A DNA stretch of 64,000 nt from Octopus vulgaris (Eukaryota): NCBI GenBank assembly GCA_951406725.2, contig OX597823.1, positions 60,202,001 through 60,266,000 on the forward strand, given 5' to 3'. Both the position numbers and the translations under genes were made by a program. Numbering within the stretch: position 1 is the first letter of the stretch; every line of letters begins with the position of its first letter. Shown piece by piece: positions 14,879-29,250 of the stretch. The notes beneath the pieces were generated by a model, which searched no databases, was not told the DNA's origin, and was given only the letters and a program-made list of their open reading frames with translations.

Positions 14879-15292
14879 CGGTAAGTAGCTTGCTTACGAA
14901 CCACATGGTTCTGGGTTCAGTCCTACTGTGTGGCACCTTTGGGCAAGTGTCTTCTACTTCAACCTCAGGCCGACCAAGGCCTTGCGAGTGGATTTGGTAG
15001 ACAGAAACTGAAAGAAGCCCATGACCTTCGAAACGTGAAGTAGATGAAACAGAGGCAACTGAAGAAGGGGAATTTTCCTTGTGTTGTATGTCTTGTACTC
15101 TATTTTTTCGTTGTTTAAGAAAAATGTCCATTTCCTTGGTTTTGTGTTTATGTTTTCGCTTCTCATTGTGTTCAACGTTTTTTTTGGTGTCCTGTACCCA
15201 TATATGCATGTATATATACATGTAGAGGTAGGTATGTACATATATGTATGTATATATGCATAAGTTTTATTTATTAATTTATATATATATAT

Positions 15293-15329
<37 letters not shown>

Positions 15330-15475
15330 TGTATGTATGTGTGTGTATATGTTTGTGTGTCTGTGCTTGTCCCCCCCAACATTGCTTGACAACCGATGCT
15401 GGTGTGTTTACGTCCCCGTAACTTAGTGGTTCAGCAAAAGAGACCAATAGAATAAGTACTAGGCTTACAAAGAAT
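14879..15475 (+). mobile_element. SINE family A with a nested element at 15022-15260
   Basis: A head at 14879-15021 and A tail at about 15340-15475, separated by a foreign element and TA repeats. Confidence 0.8.
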
Positions 15476-15530
15476 GTAGGTATTTATAACACCCTTCAGT
15501 CATATTTAATGATGGTTATAGTTCTATATA

Positions 15531-15570
<40 letters not shown>

Positions 15571-15580
15571 CTTCTTCTTC

Positions 15581-15638
<58 letters not shown>

Positions 15639-15702
15639 TATTATCATTATTATTATTATTATTTAGAACATTTTCATTCATCTTAAAGTTTTGCCAGACC
15701 TT

Positions 15703-15734
<32 letters not shown>

Positions 15735-15894
15735 CTGTACTGATCCATGATAGAATATTCAACAAAAACAATACTCCCTCTGATGAGAGATAGATATTGT
15801 TATTTAAAGGTCACAATACATGTATTAAAACATTACTATTAGTTTCATATTTCATATTTATTCAATTTCTTTAGTTCGTTATGATGTGGGATTT

Positions 15895-15947
15895 GCACCT
15901 GAAGAATATGTTTGAGTTCTCTCAACATATGAAATTATTAGTAATGC
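15895..15947 (+). ncRNA. Hammerhead-ribozyme-like motif inside an inverted repeat (15794-15850 / 15927-15980)
   Basis: GCAC CTGAAGA ATATGTTTGAG-TTCT-CTCAACATAT GAAA TTATTA GTA ATGC. The inverted arm preserves GAAACTAATAGTA. Confidence 0.6.
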
Positions 15948-15999
15948 TTTGATACATGTATTGTGACCTTTAAACAATATTAATAATAATCTTCTTTCT

Positions 16000-16303
16000 T
16001 TCGCCCTTTTCAAGCCTAGCCAGGCTCATGGGCCCGGTTTCCTGGTTTCTATGGTGCATGCGTTCCTCCCAGCTGGACGGGACACCAGTCCATTGCAGCA
16101 TTATTCAAGAAACAGGAAGACAGAGTGAGAGAAAGTTGAGGCAAAAGAATACAATAGGGGCTGCCACCACTCCCTGCCAGAGCTTCGTGGAGCTTTAGGC
16201 GTTTTTGCTCAATAAACACACAAAACACCCGGTCTGGGAATCGAAACCATGATCCTTCGACCACGAGTCCACTGCCCTAACCACTGGGCCATTACACCTC
16301 CAC
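16000..16303 (-). mobile_element. SINE family C
   Basis: Reverse-complement match to 4561-4871. Confidence 0.88.
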
Positions 16304-16337
<34 letters not shown>

Positions 16338-16341
16338 TATG

Positions 16342-16389
<48 letters not shown>

Positions 16390-16417
16390 TATACATACAT
16401 ACATACATACATACATA

Positions 16418-17094
16418 TGAAGGGGATTCATTAAAGATTTGCTCTGACCCACTTCCAGTTATTGCAGGAAACGGAACTTGTAAAGGTATAATTATACAGG
16501 TCTCTACATGTCACATAGTAAATTGTAGCTTTCCATTAGTATTTGTTTGTCTTTTATGGCTGCTGAAATGGACTAAGGTGTTATAATAGAAGCAGTTGAA
16601 TGTAGATCAGTGATCAGGTTCTTATACTTGAAAGATGGTACATCAAAAGAGACTTTCGATGGGATGAAAGAAGTTTATGCTGATGCACTATCATATGATG
16701 TAGTCAAGCACTGGTATCGCCACTTCTAACGTGGTCAAACATCTGTGGAAGCTGCTCCTATTCCTGGATGACCATTGATGACGACAATATTCATAAAGTG
16801 GAAACTGCCCTTTTGGAGGATCGCTGCATAACTATTTGGCAACTAGCCCGAGAAGTGGAGATAAGTGTAGGGTCCATGGAAAAAATCATTCACAACCATT
16901 TGCACACATGGAAGTTGTTTGCACAAGGGCTTGCTCGGATGGTCACACCTTTCATCACAACTACATAAAACAATCGAAGAAGTGTTTCACCATTGTTGGT
17001 GACTATGTAGAAATGAAGTAATAATTATGTTGAGCTTGGTTTATCCCAGTCTCTGGGAAGTGGGTCAGGGGATATTTTTAACGAAAACCCCTCA
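16418..17094 (+). mobile_element. Internally deleted mariner transposon with about 40-bp TIRs
   Basis: TIRs TGAAGGGGATTCATTAAA..CTGACCCACTTCC and GGAAGTGGGTCAG..TTAACGAAAACCCCTCA. N-terminal relic RSVIRFLYLK..KHWYRHF*RGQTSVE..EDRCITIWQLA..IIHNHL is joined directly to C-terminal KCFTIVGDYVEMK*, so the DDD core is deleted. Confidence 0.88.
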
Positions 17095-17109
17095 TGTGTA
17101 TGTTTATAC

Positions 17110-17145
<36 letters not shown>

Positions 17146-17269
17146 GTGTGTGTGTATATTTATATATGTATGTATGTATATGTGTGTACATGGATGAATA
17201 CATATGTGTGTACATGGATGAATACATACATATATAAATATATGTGAGTATGTGTGTGTGTGTATTATT

Positions 17270-17318
<49 letters not shown>

Positions 17319-18069
17319 ACTGGTTGACCCCTAAATAAACTGCAGATGACTTAGGAAGCTTATCAGTTTCATTATAACTTTGATAGTGGTGGGGAGGGAC
17401 CCAGTACTAGACTGATGTTCTTATTTTGTTGAACCTGGAATGAGGAAAGGTAAAGTGGATCTTAGTGAGATTTGAACTCAGAACAAAAAGAGATTTTTAA
17501 AAATATCAAAATTCATTTTGTCCAAATTGTAATGACACTAACAATCCATCACCCAAATAAAGAGTTTAATATTATTTTCTTGTTCCTTAAGGCAGTGAGA
17601 TAGCAGAATCATTAGCCTGCTGGACAGAATGCTTTGGGGTATTTAGCCCATTGCTTCATTCTGAGTTCAAATTCCAAAAATACCTTGTTGTTGATGTCAA
17701 AATTCCAATGAAGGCACCTAAGATCTAGGTTAGACACCAGCTCTTCCTCTATTTGCAAGAAATCTTGAAATAAAACTGAACAGTGACACACATACATGTT
17801 TGTGTACAAGCTTCCACACAGGTTTCATCTGCCAAATTCACTTACAAGACCTTGGTTAGCACAGGACTATAAGAGAAGTCAGTTGCCTAAGGTGCTACTC
17901 AGTGAAACTGAACCTAGAACTACACTGTTGCAACGTGAACTTCTTAACTACACGGCAATGCTTGTGATTTCTTTTAATTTTCTATCATTCTCTTTGAGTT
18001 TTTAACTTTTTCTCCCCATAATTTCTTTATGTGACTCTTTCTGTGTGACATTTTACCTGAAATTTTATC

Positions 18070-18450
18070 AGTGGCTGTGTGGTAAGTAGCTTGCTTACAA
18101 ACTGCATGGTTCCGGGTTTAGACCCACTGTGTGGCTCCTTGGGCAAGTGCCTTCTACTATAGCCTTGGGCCGACCAAAGCCTTGTGGGCGGATTTGGTAG
18201 ACGGAAACTGAAAGAAGCCCGTCGTATATATGTTTGTGTGTCTGTGTTTGTCCCCACAACATCGCTTGACAACCGATGCTGGTGTGTTTACATCCCCATA
18301 ACTTAGCAGTTCAGCAAAAGACCAATAGAATAAGTACTAGGCTTACAAAGAATAACTCCTGGGGGTGATTTGCTCAACAAAAGGCAGTGCTCCTGCATGG
18401 ACACAGTCAGATGACTGAAACAAATAAAAGAGTAAAAGTGTAAAGAGTAA
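18070..18450 (+). mobile_element. SINE family A
   Basis: Match to 338-759. Confidence 0.9.
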
Positions 18451-18775
18451 GCCTTTTCTCTGAGATTTTTTCCTCCTCCAACTTTTCTCTATAACATTTT
18501 ATATCATTCTTCCTGTTATTAGTTTCTACTTTTTCCAATATTATTTTTTTCATTTTGATCCCTCTCAAAATCTCATAGGTTTACATAATAATTGTCTCAT
18601 TAAATTTAATGACAAACATATTTCAGTTTGATATTTTTACTAACTGCACATGTGATTGCAATTAGCTTCAAATTACAACAGACCAGTCTCTACTTCATTT
18701 TCTACTTAATCTAACACTAATATCATGATCTAATGATAGAGGAGCCTCCCTAAATGGTCACTCAGTGTTATATAA

Positions 18776-19090
18776 CTGGCACACCATTGGTTATGACAAT
18801 GATGGTTACAGTTGATCAGTTCAACAGAACAACCTACTTGTGAAATTAATTTGCAAGTGGCTGAGTACTCCACAGACACATGTAGTTCTCAGGGAGATTC
18901 AGTATGACAGAGAATGTGGCAAGGTTGGCCCTTTGAAATACAGGTATTACTCATTTTCGCCAACTGAATGAACTGGAGCAATGTCAAATAAAGTGTCTTG
19001 CTCAAGAACACAATGTGCTACCAAGAATCGAACTCACAGCCTTACGATCATGAGCTGAATACCCTAACCACTAAGCCATGTGACTTCACA
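18776..19090 (-). mobile_element. SINE with D-type head and CORE-like body, alternative tail
   Basis: Head and body as in 2655-2903; tail shared with 32957-33260. Confidence 0.78.
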
Positions 19091-20734
19091 AGATTACATA
19101 AATAACAGCCAAATCTCCCACAAACAATAGGAACAAACTGCAGTCTTATAAGGCATCTCATTGGACAGCAAATGTTGTGTAATGTTGTTGTATAACAGAA
19201 CAGGATGTTCATGAGTTAAACAATTTTTTAATTGTAGGTTTGTTTAATCAATGTTGAATTAGAATGAAATGAGGGAGGCCTAAATAACAACACCAACAAC
19301 TATGATATTATAAGGCAGCTCTTTATAACCGATCTCCATAATGCATTTAGCAGACATCATTAGTAGCTTGTAATTAGTTCTTCTTCCTCTTTTTCTTACA
19401 CGCACACGTGTACACATTCACTCAACCATACACAGACAGACATACACACAGCATGCAGGTGATTTGCAATGAATATTTTAGTTTAAAATTATTATAACCT
19501 CTCTATATAATGTTTGATTATTATTCATATTAAAATTAATCTTAGTACATAAATGCATGCATGCATACACACACACACACAAATATATATATGAACATAT
19601 GCATATTGGTGAGTAGGTTTATAAATATATATATATATATATATATATGAATATTTGCATCATACACATACACACACTCACATGCATACACACGCACACA
19701 CATACACATGCACTCACATGCATACATACACATACACACATACATACACTAATATACCGTTTCTGAGTAATTTTCTTGCTAGAGTGCCTGCAAGTTCCAG
19801 CTTACCATCTTCGAAAGCTTCTATTGTTAGTCATGATCTCAAATAACCACTAGAAGACAACGGCATCCTGACAACAGGAACTAGCAATTTACCTTACTTT
19901 TAACTTTAATAAGACAAGAGGCTTTTCGTTATTCTAATTAAAGAAACCGGAAATTAATGTTTGATATATATCTCTGTTTAAGTTCTGCACCACCTTGAAT
20001 TTCTTTCTACTAAATCAGTTAATTGCCTTTATTTCAATGTTAGACATGACACTTTGAACAAATTGAACCATGCTGTATACCAGATTTTGAGATAATTTTG
20101 GTCATTGACAACGACTGACTTACTGAGAAATTACGCTTTATAGGAAAACTTCTTCTTCACACAGATGCCTTACCTTATTTATTTTACATTTCTTTCGGCT
20201 TTGGCAGAAAAGCTGTTTTTACCGAGGATTACGTTATAGGTTACAATTGATTGAACTTAATAATGTTTGTGAATTAGCTGAGTCATTAGAGCATCAGATA
20301 AAAATACCTTCCAGTATTTGTTCTGACTCTCTGCACTTTGAGTTCAAATCCTGCCAAGGTCAGCCTTGCCATTTATTCACTTGTTTTTAAGGTCAGTAAA
20401 TAAAGTAGCAACCCATGTAGTTAGATTGGAGGAACTGTTAAGAGTTTAGAATGTCAGGTGGGATGCAAATTCTTCCTTTTTTGTGGTGAAAATCATAACT
20501 AGCAGATACAGGTGTAGCAGAATGATTAAGAAGTTTGCTTTGCAACAGTATGGTTTCAGGTTCAGTCCACTGCTGAGCAACTTGGGCAAATGTCTTCCCC
20601 TACAGTCTCATCCTGACCAATGCCTTGTCAGTAAATTTGATTGGCAGAAATTGTGTGGAATCCTATCTTATATATTTATTATTTTTTAAAACCAAAACAA
20701 AACAAGTTATTTAAAAAATTCATAATGCAATTGT

Positions 20735-20790
20735 TTTTATTATTATCATCTTCATCATCATCATCATCATTGTTGTTGTTGTTGTTGTTG

Positions 20791-20839
<49 letters not shown>

Positions 20840-20890
20840 CATTATTATTATTATTATCATTATTATTATTATTATTATCATTATTATTTT
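20735..20890. repeat. (TCA)/(TTG)/(TTA)n microsatellite
   Basis: Directly visible trinucleotide runs. Confidence 0.95.
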
Positions 20891-20897
20891 TTTTTTT

Positions 20898-21085
20898 TGC
20901 CTTCCCCTTTTTGTCCATTACCTTTTCCAGTGTATTTTGGTACCAAGCACCTGTAACTTCATATCCATACTTACGGCATAGTAGCCAGTGGAGTTTTGGG
21001 CTATTTTGTCGTGTCTACATTTCTACTCTTTCTGCCAAATTTGTCAGTTTACATAAAATGAAAAGAAACCACAATATCCCATTCA
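20898..21085 (-). pseudogene. R4/Dong-type non-LTR retrotransposon fragment (zinc knuckle to RHD region)
   Basis: RHDKIAQ plus frameshifted LHWLLCRKYGYEVTGAWYQNTLEKVMDKKGKAK resemble R4/Dong RHD.VA..LHW.LC.KYG....WY.H.PEKV. The fragment runs into (TAA)n. Confidence 0.75.
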
Positions 21086-21129
21086 AAAGTTAAGCATTTT
21101 AAGAAACAATAAAAAATGAAGATATACCA

Positions 21130-21810
21130 ACTAGATTAGAGCCCAAAGTAGCCACTCTCAGCTTCTATTACATCTTCTATCCAGATGACTCTGGAACCTG
21201 GTGCATTCATTCCTCACAGTGTCTCAAACACTTCTTCAATCTTTGCCATGAGCTTGGCCTTGGTGTTGTAAGCAGAGTGACCAGTGTCTTGTCTTTCTTA
21301 AATATGCTATATAGATATATAGTAATCTTTGGGATTACAATTGGGGTAATCAAGAGACCAGAAATTGGGGCTGGTAAAGTCATAGAACCACTTCTGGTTC
21401 TTTCTGGAAGTATGATAATGAGCCAAATCCTGCTGTAAAACATAAAACCTTTCAGCAGCAAACACCTCCAGCTAAGGTTTGACTGCTGTCTCCAGAAGCT
21501 TCATATAGCTGTTTGAATTAAGCTTAAGGCCCAGTTCAAAGATGTGGAGCAGCATATCACCCTCACTAGAGACACAACCAAAGACCATAACAAATTTGGG
21601 GAACACGGCTTTCAAAATGTCCATGTCATGTTTTTCAGCCTTTGCAGTGTTCACAGAGCATTGAGTATCAGTCATAGCATTTTGATGCATAGCACAAAAT
21701 ATCATGACACATGTAGCTCTATTCCAATATTCAGATAGCTTCTGGCTCTCCATGTCAGCTAACTTTTTCTCCATTACAACTTTAACCTTTACGCTCTCCA
21801 ATGCCATTAA
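21130..21810 (-). mobile_element. Decayed Tc1/mariner (DD37D/maT-like) transposase
   Basis: FPKFVMVFGCVSSEGD..HIFELGLKLNSNSYMKLLETAVKP..YVLQQDLAHYHTS..SPNFWSLDYPNCNPKDYY. Confidence 0.8.
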
Positions 21811-22077
21811 CTGTTCACCAATACATCAAGGCATTCCTCAGGAAAAGGAGTCATAAAAAAAGCATTAAATTTAGTCCAAAGACCCAGTGTATCAAGCAAT
21901 GCTTCGTGGAAACTACACTAACATAAATAAAAATATGTGCGCGTGTATATATATTCCCTGCACGTACCCTTCCTTCAGTGTTCTGCTTTCTTAGAACCAG
22001 AAATGGCTCTGATGAAAGTAGCATTATTTTTTTTTAGGTCACTCAGTTTTTTTCAACTGATCAATAGACTGATCACG

Positions 22078-22109
<32 letters not shown>

Positions 22110-22113
<4 letters not shown>

Positions 22114-22408
22114 CATGATCACCGTGACCGATGTTCCTACACATCGCTGGTCACAATGCGCTTCACATTGTTTTAGCCTTCAAATGACGCCACCCCACTG
22201 GCTAAGCGAGCAGAACAACAGAAGAAAGAGTGAAAGAAAGTTGTGGTTAAAGAGTACAGCAGGGTTCACCACCACGCCCTGCCAGAGCCTCGGAGAGCTT
22301 TAGGTGTTTTTGCTCAATAAACACTCACAACACCCAGTCTGGGGATTGAAACCACAATCCTATGCCTGCAAGTCCACTGCCCTAACCACTGGGCCATTGT
22401 GCCTCCAC
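22110..22408 (-). mobile_element. SINE with C-type head and body, alternative tail
   Basis: 5' two-thirds match 4561-4760. The tail GCCAGTGGGGTGGCGTCATTTGAAGG..GTGACCAGCGATG differs. Confidence 0.8.
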
Positions 22409-22556
<148 letters not shown>

Positions 22557-22557
22557 C

Positions 22558-22735
22558 ACCATGATAGATCGGTAGCCACTACACACATTTTTTTAACTCC
22601 TTGTTTCTTTCTGTGTTCCTTTCTGTGGACTCAAAACGTAAAAGACTTTTTCAATTCCTGAGTGTTATACTAATACATCTGTTTGTTTTCTACACCACTT
22701 GTCTTCGTCTTTTGATTTTTCGTGAATTCTCCCTA
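22558..22735 (+). mobile_element. Copy of the 26722-26918 element lacking stem II of the ribozyme-like motif
   Basis: CCTTTCTGTGGACTCAAAACGTAAAAGAC..TTCCTGAGTGTTATACTAATACATCTG, flanked by TA tracts. Confidence 0.75.
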
Positions 22736-22807
22736 TATATACATATATATATTTACATATGTAAATATCCAATATATATGTGTGTGTGTATACCTTCATA
22801 CATTCAT

Positions 22808-22808
<1 letters not shown>

Positions 22809-22879
<71 letters not shown>

Positions 22880-22905
22880 TTAGATAGATAGATAGATAGA
22901 TAGAT
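22809..22905. repeat. (GATA)n microsatellite
   Basis: Directly visible. Confidence 0.95.
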
Positions 22906-23554
22906 ACATTGGGTTTTGTAATATTTCTGCGTACCAAATTTCACTCTCAAAGGCATTATTTAGCCCAAGGCTACAGGAGATGATATTTACCAAAATACAT
23001 GGTTGAAAAGCAAATTTTGCATTCATGTAATCATGCCTGTATCTATCTAATGTTTTGAAATTAAATTTAAAATAAATAATTGAATATATCTCCTTGAGTT
23101 ATTACTTTGTAAATTACAAGCCAATGAGAAAGCCTCTATGTTGTCACTCATTTTAGTAGAAATAGCAGCCATATTCTATCAAATCACGCACACACACACA
23201 CACACATCTTCCTACTAACCATCTTAACTAAAAAAGAATACGCTGGGTCAAAACAATAACTTAGGAGGCATTTTTGGAAACTGAAAATGAATTTTGTTTA
23301 ATTATACACCATCTTATGATGAATACAGTAATTGTTTATCAACAGATCATACAAATGAGAAAGAGAAAAAACAATAAACAAACAAACAAACAAACAAGCA
23401 AATAACAAACAATAATTGGGGGATAACATATACAAGAATTCATTAATTTCAACAAATATTAATAAAATATATATTCCCATTAAGAAATATTTTATTTAAA
23501 TGCTTTTAGGTTTACAGTTAATTATTATCATCGTTGTAGTTGTTGTTCTTGTTC

Positions 23555-23610
<56 letters not shown>

Positions 23611-24869
23611 TATTGCTTTCATTATTATTGTTGTTGCTGTTATTTATCATTATTATTATTATTATTATTGTTCATTATTATTATTTGTTATCGTTGTATT
23701 TTCTTTATTGTAGTTTCATTATGCCAAAATTTGTTTTCTATCAAGTATGATTGTATCTTGGAATTCCTTCTTAACATATATTTCTTTCCATTAAGCCTAT
23801 TATCTTCTTTTCTAAGTTAAATATGAATAGAAAGAAGTTTTATGGCTGCATACTAATTGAAATTAAGACAATGAGAAGACAGAGAGAGAGAAACCTTCTT
23901 TAGAAAAGATAACAGTGTAGATTGGAATTACTTTATTGACAACTTTTTCTCAGTAATGGAAGAACCAAAACAAAAAAAAAGAAGGAAAAGAAAAAGAAAC
24001 AAAAAAGAAACGAAAAGAAAAATACCTTGAATCAGTGAAGAGAATGGAATTGTGTAAACAATAGTCATCAGTTTCATCAGTGACCTATGGCTGTTCATTT
24101 GGGATGTTTACAACAGTGAGGGTGAAAGATGTGTCTAAATTTACATCAGTATGACGACCACCACTCTCATCACCAAAACACTCCACCACCACCACCACCA
24201 CTAACATAATAACCACTGTCACCTCCATCACCACCATCACTACAATTGCTCATGTTTCTTGTCTAACCCTGACCCCTATTCCCTTCAATCTCAAACCTCA
24301 AACCTGACTAAACTGTAAAAGTTGACAGAAAATTTTTTTAACTAAATGCTGTGTGGTAAGGTTTACGGTGGGGTGGCTATATGGTATGCAGCCACAGTTT
24401 GAGGTGTTGGGTTTTGCTGACAGGGAGTATGAAAACAGGAAAAATAAAATTTGAATTTTTCCTTTCTCCTCCTTGAGGGTCATGCCCACTTCCCTTTAAG
24501 TTTTCATTTTACTGACTCTCCACCCTGAGGAAATTTTGGAAGATTAGGGACCCTTCATGTTTGTTGTTTGTGTGGTGTATTGTGTGTGTATGCATGTACA
24601 TGTGTGTATAAATATACATACACTCCTGAATATATATATATATATATATATACACATACATATATGTATGTATATATATTTTTTTTATTGGTCCAGGAGG
24701 AGGTAGTGAGGTTATTGAGCCTTGCTCCGGTTGAGATTAAATAATATAAATTTTGTCCTATATATATATATATATACATACATGTATATATATATATGTA
24801 TGCCCACCACACACATATATGCATATATTTATGTGTGCATACATACACATACATGTATGTATGTATGTA

Positions 24870-24927
<58 letters not shown>

Positions 24928-25383
24928 GAGAGAGAGAGAGACAGACAGACAGACCGAGAGTCATATACATATTTGAATGTTACTTGTTACAGTTTTTGGA
25001 CTGTCGGCAAACGAGGGCACTGCCTTAAAGGACTTTTAATCAATCAAATTGACCTCAGTACTTATTTTAAATTATCTAACAGATAAATATGTAAATGTAT
25101 TTAATAATGTATTCTGGATAACTTGAACATTTCTCTTCTTTTCCTTGAGGGTCACTAACACATGCCTGCAAGTTTTAGTTTCCTGTCCCCCACCCTGAGG
25201 AAATTTCAGAAAATTAGGATTATATTTGATATCGTATTCTGTACACAACTCTTTGGCTGAAACGTGTGTGTGTGTATGCTTGCATATATATATATATATA
25301 CATACATACATATATATATATATATATTTACATAAATGTATGTATTTATAGGCACAGGCCGGGCTGTGTGTGTGTATGCATGC

Positions 25384-25414
<31 letters not shown>

Positions 25415-25702
25415 TATATGTATATGTGTGTGTGTGTATGTAAATATGACTGCATGCATACATGTATGTATGTATGTATGTATAGGCACAGGCGTGGTAA
25501 GAAGCTTACTTCTGAACCACATGATTCCAGGTTCAGTTTCACTGTGTTGCTCCTTGTGAAATTTCTTGGGCTGACCAGATACATGTGAGTGGATGTGGTG
25601 GATGGAAACTGAAAGAACCCATCATATATATGTTTGTGCATGTTTATGTGTGTGTTTGTGTCTGTGTGTGTGTATATGTATGCATGTATGTATGTGTGTG
25701 GG

Positions 25703-25744
<42 letters not shown>

Positions 25745-26035
25745 TACACACACATATACATACATACATACATACACACTTTTTGATATACACAAGATTT
25801 GCATGCAAGCTACTATTAGTTCTATACCTGTAAATCTTGTATAGCATGTTATGTATTTTCAGGCAATCATTCTTCAATTTCTCTTTTTCTCTACCCCCGA
25901 CAATGGATTGCATCCGAAACATTGGATATTCTACTCCTCACGGCAAATCCAATAATTTATTTATGTTATAAAGTAACATAATATACTATGAATGTAATAT
26001 AAGATAACATAAAAAATCATTAAAAAACCGAAATA

Positions 26036-26115
26036 GTCAGCAATTTGTTTCGACTTATATGCATTATTTGATTTATAAACAAAACATTTCCACTTGTATA
26101 AGTCTCTTCAGAGCT
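26036..26115 (-). ncRNA. Hammerhead-ribozyme-like motif with long stem II loop
   Basis: Minus strand: AGCT CTGAAGA GACTTATA..TATAAGTC GAAAC AAATT G CT GAC. Canonical core and a perfect 8-bp stem II; the cleavage-site side is degenerate. Confidence 0.5.
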
Positions 26116-26269
26116 TTGGGTTGTAGATAGACGAAATTCCATGTGACAGGACAACTGGATTGTAAAAAAATTAATTCAAATGCCTATGTATTATGAGTGG
26201 GAGCGTTAGCTTTTCAACTACATAACAATTGTCAATTGAATCTCTATTTAATTTATTGTTTGTAATATA

Positions 26270-26663
26270 TATATATATATACACATAAAGCTGAAGTTGT
26301 CTGTGTGTGGCAGGTTTGGTAGCCTTCAACTAACACTATCTCCTCCGAGACCCTGTGGCACAAGTTGACCAAAATTGAGAGTATGATAGAAGAAGGCTTG
26401 CTCTTCATTCCATAGAAGATAACATTCAAATCAGACCATGTTAAAACTAAAAATTATTTACATCAAAAAGGTAATTTTTTTCTATGAAAATTCCTGTTTT
26501 ACAATATTTTGACTGCTGCGTTGCCATTTTTCAGTGTATTTCAACCAGAAAAATGTTCACTTAAAGAAAATAACAAGCTACATAATGCAAAATATTTATT
26601 TTTCAAAAATTCCAATTCTAAAGGGTCAAAACAAACCCGAGCAACGCCAGGCAATACTGCTAG
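26270..26663 (+). mobile_element. Non-autonomous Helitron
   Basis: 3' end CCCGAGCAACGCCAGG-CAATACTG-CTAG followed by T. 5' ATAAAGCTGAAGTTGTCTGTG after a TA run. Confidence 0.7.
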
Positions 26664-26721
<58 letters not shown>

Positions 26722-26912
26722 AGGAGAGTTTACGAAAAAAACAAAAGACAAAGACAGGTGGTGTACAAAACAAACAGATGTATTAGTATAACGCTCAGGA
26801 ATAGAAAAAGTCTTTTACGTTTCGAGCCTACACTCTTCTACAGAAAGGGACACAGAAAAAACAAGGAGAGAAACAAGGAGAGAAAAAAAATGTGTGTAGT
26901 GTCTAATGACCT

Positions 26913-26918
<6 letters not shown>
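26722..26918 (-). mobile_element. TA-flanked short element carrying a minimal hammerhead-like motif (26812-26847)
   Basis: Minus strand: CTTT CTGTAGA A GAGT-GTAG-GCTC GAAA CG TA AAAG. Embedded between (TA)n tracts. Confidence 0.65.
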
Positions 26919-26997
<79 letters not shown>

Positions 26998-27291
26998 TTA
27001 TTAGTTTCCACCTTTCAGAATGTTTTTTTTTAGCCTTGACTACTAACACCAATCTGCTTTAGCAAACAATAAGGATTCACCAGTCATATGTCATTGTGAA
27101 TCATCAGCTTATTGAAGCTATTGCCATTGATGTCAATAAACAACCAGCCTAAGCAGGTTTACTGCAGGCAATGTGAATGAATTTCTAACTCCTGACGGTA
27201 TGCAGCTTAGTCTCAATGTCTCACAATTCACAACATTTCTTTGAAGAGAAAAAAAAGGGGAAAGCGAGAATGATAGAGAGAGACATTATTT

Positions 27292-27497
27292 TTACTGAGG
27301 GGATATCCCTACCTGGCAAGGGATTTGATCCGATATTGTGTGTTTAAACTAAAATGATTGCAGTATGGAAAAACATGTTAGCTATTCAAAAACACACAAT
27401 GACTGTTAACTTCACTTAAACATTTATTATTTGTTATATGGTGTCAGAATTTTCATCACGCAAAACTGGTGCCTGATCGCTGACAAGGCTACACTGC
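27292..27497 (-). mobile_element. Diverged copy of the 43763-44103 element with a G3:C8 hammerhead-like motif (27442-27485)
   Basis: Colinear similarity (GCAAG.GATTTGATC..TTGCAG..AAACACACAA..TTCACTT.AACATTT). Minus strand: TGTCA GCGATCA GGCACC..GTGAT GAAA AT TC TGACA. Confidence 0.6.
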
Positions 27498-27589
27498 ATA
27501 AGATTTGTTTTTGAATGGCTAACGTGTGTCTTTCAGGCTGTAATCGTTTTTATTTTAATTAAGCCATATAGAATTGTAATAATACCATC

Positions 27590-27620
<31 letters not shown>

Positions 27621-28154
27621 ATTTTGGAATACAGTCAGAGAGAGAAAGAGACAGTGAGACAGACAGATAGCAAATAAAGTTTTGTAAGAGTTTACAGAAA
27701 TAAGTGCTTAAACTGCTGAAGAAGCTGTTTCTTAGGTATCTCCTAGAAATCTTCACAGAAGTTTAGAAAGATAATAATAATAAAAAAAAGAGAGAGAAGA
27801 GATTTATGAAGGTGAAGCGAGAGAGAATGCATGCATGTGTGTATGTGTTTGTGTATGTCTGTGTGAGTGTGTGTGTGTTGGGGTGAGGGTGAGGGAAACG
27901 GAGATAGATAAGGGATGCAGATAGGTGGGGAGCAGAGTGTGTGGGAGACGGACGGCATGAATTAAGTGGCTGTAAATTTAGGGGCTCATTGTTTGAGAGA
28001 AAGTGTAATTACATAGGCTTGTCTTCTGGCGGATGCTGCCTGTCTAACATGTTATACACTTAGAGAAACTCCCTACTTGTTGAGATGATATTTCGTGGAT
28101 AGTCAAACAAGGCAAAACACCAATTCCCTTTTGCAAATTGAACTTTAGTCAAAT

Positions 28155-29250
<1,096 letters not shown>

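Noticed and set aside
15022-15080. CGAAACG and CTGAAGA motifs in the 11575/15022 family
   Set aside because: The motifs cannot be assembled into a complete hammerhead within either copy.
25191-25268. CTGAGGA ... GAAACGTG hammerhead candidate (related fragment at about 24470-24550)
   Set aside because: No credible stem II in register; too degenerate to call.
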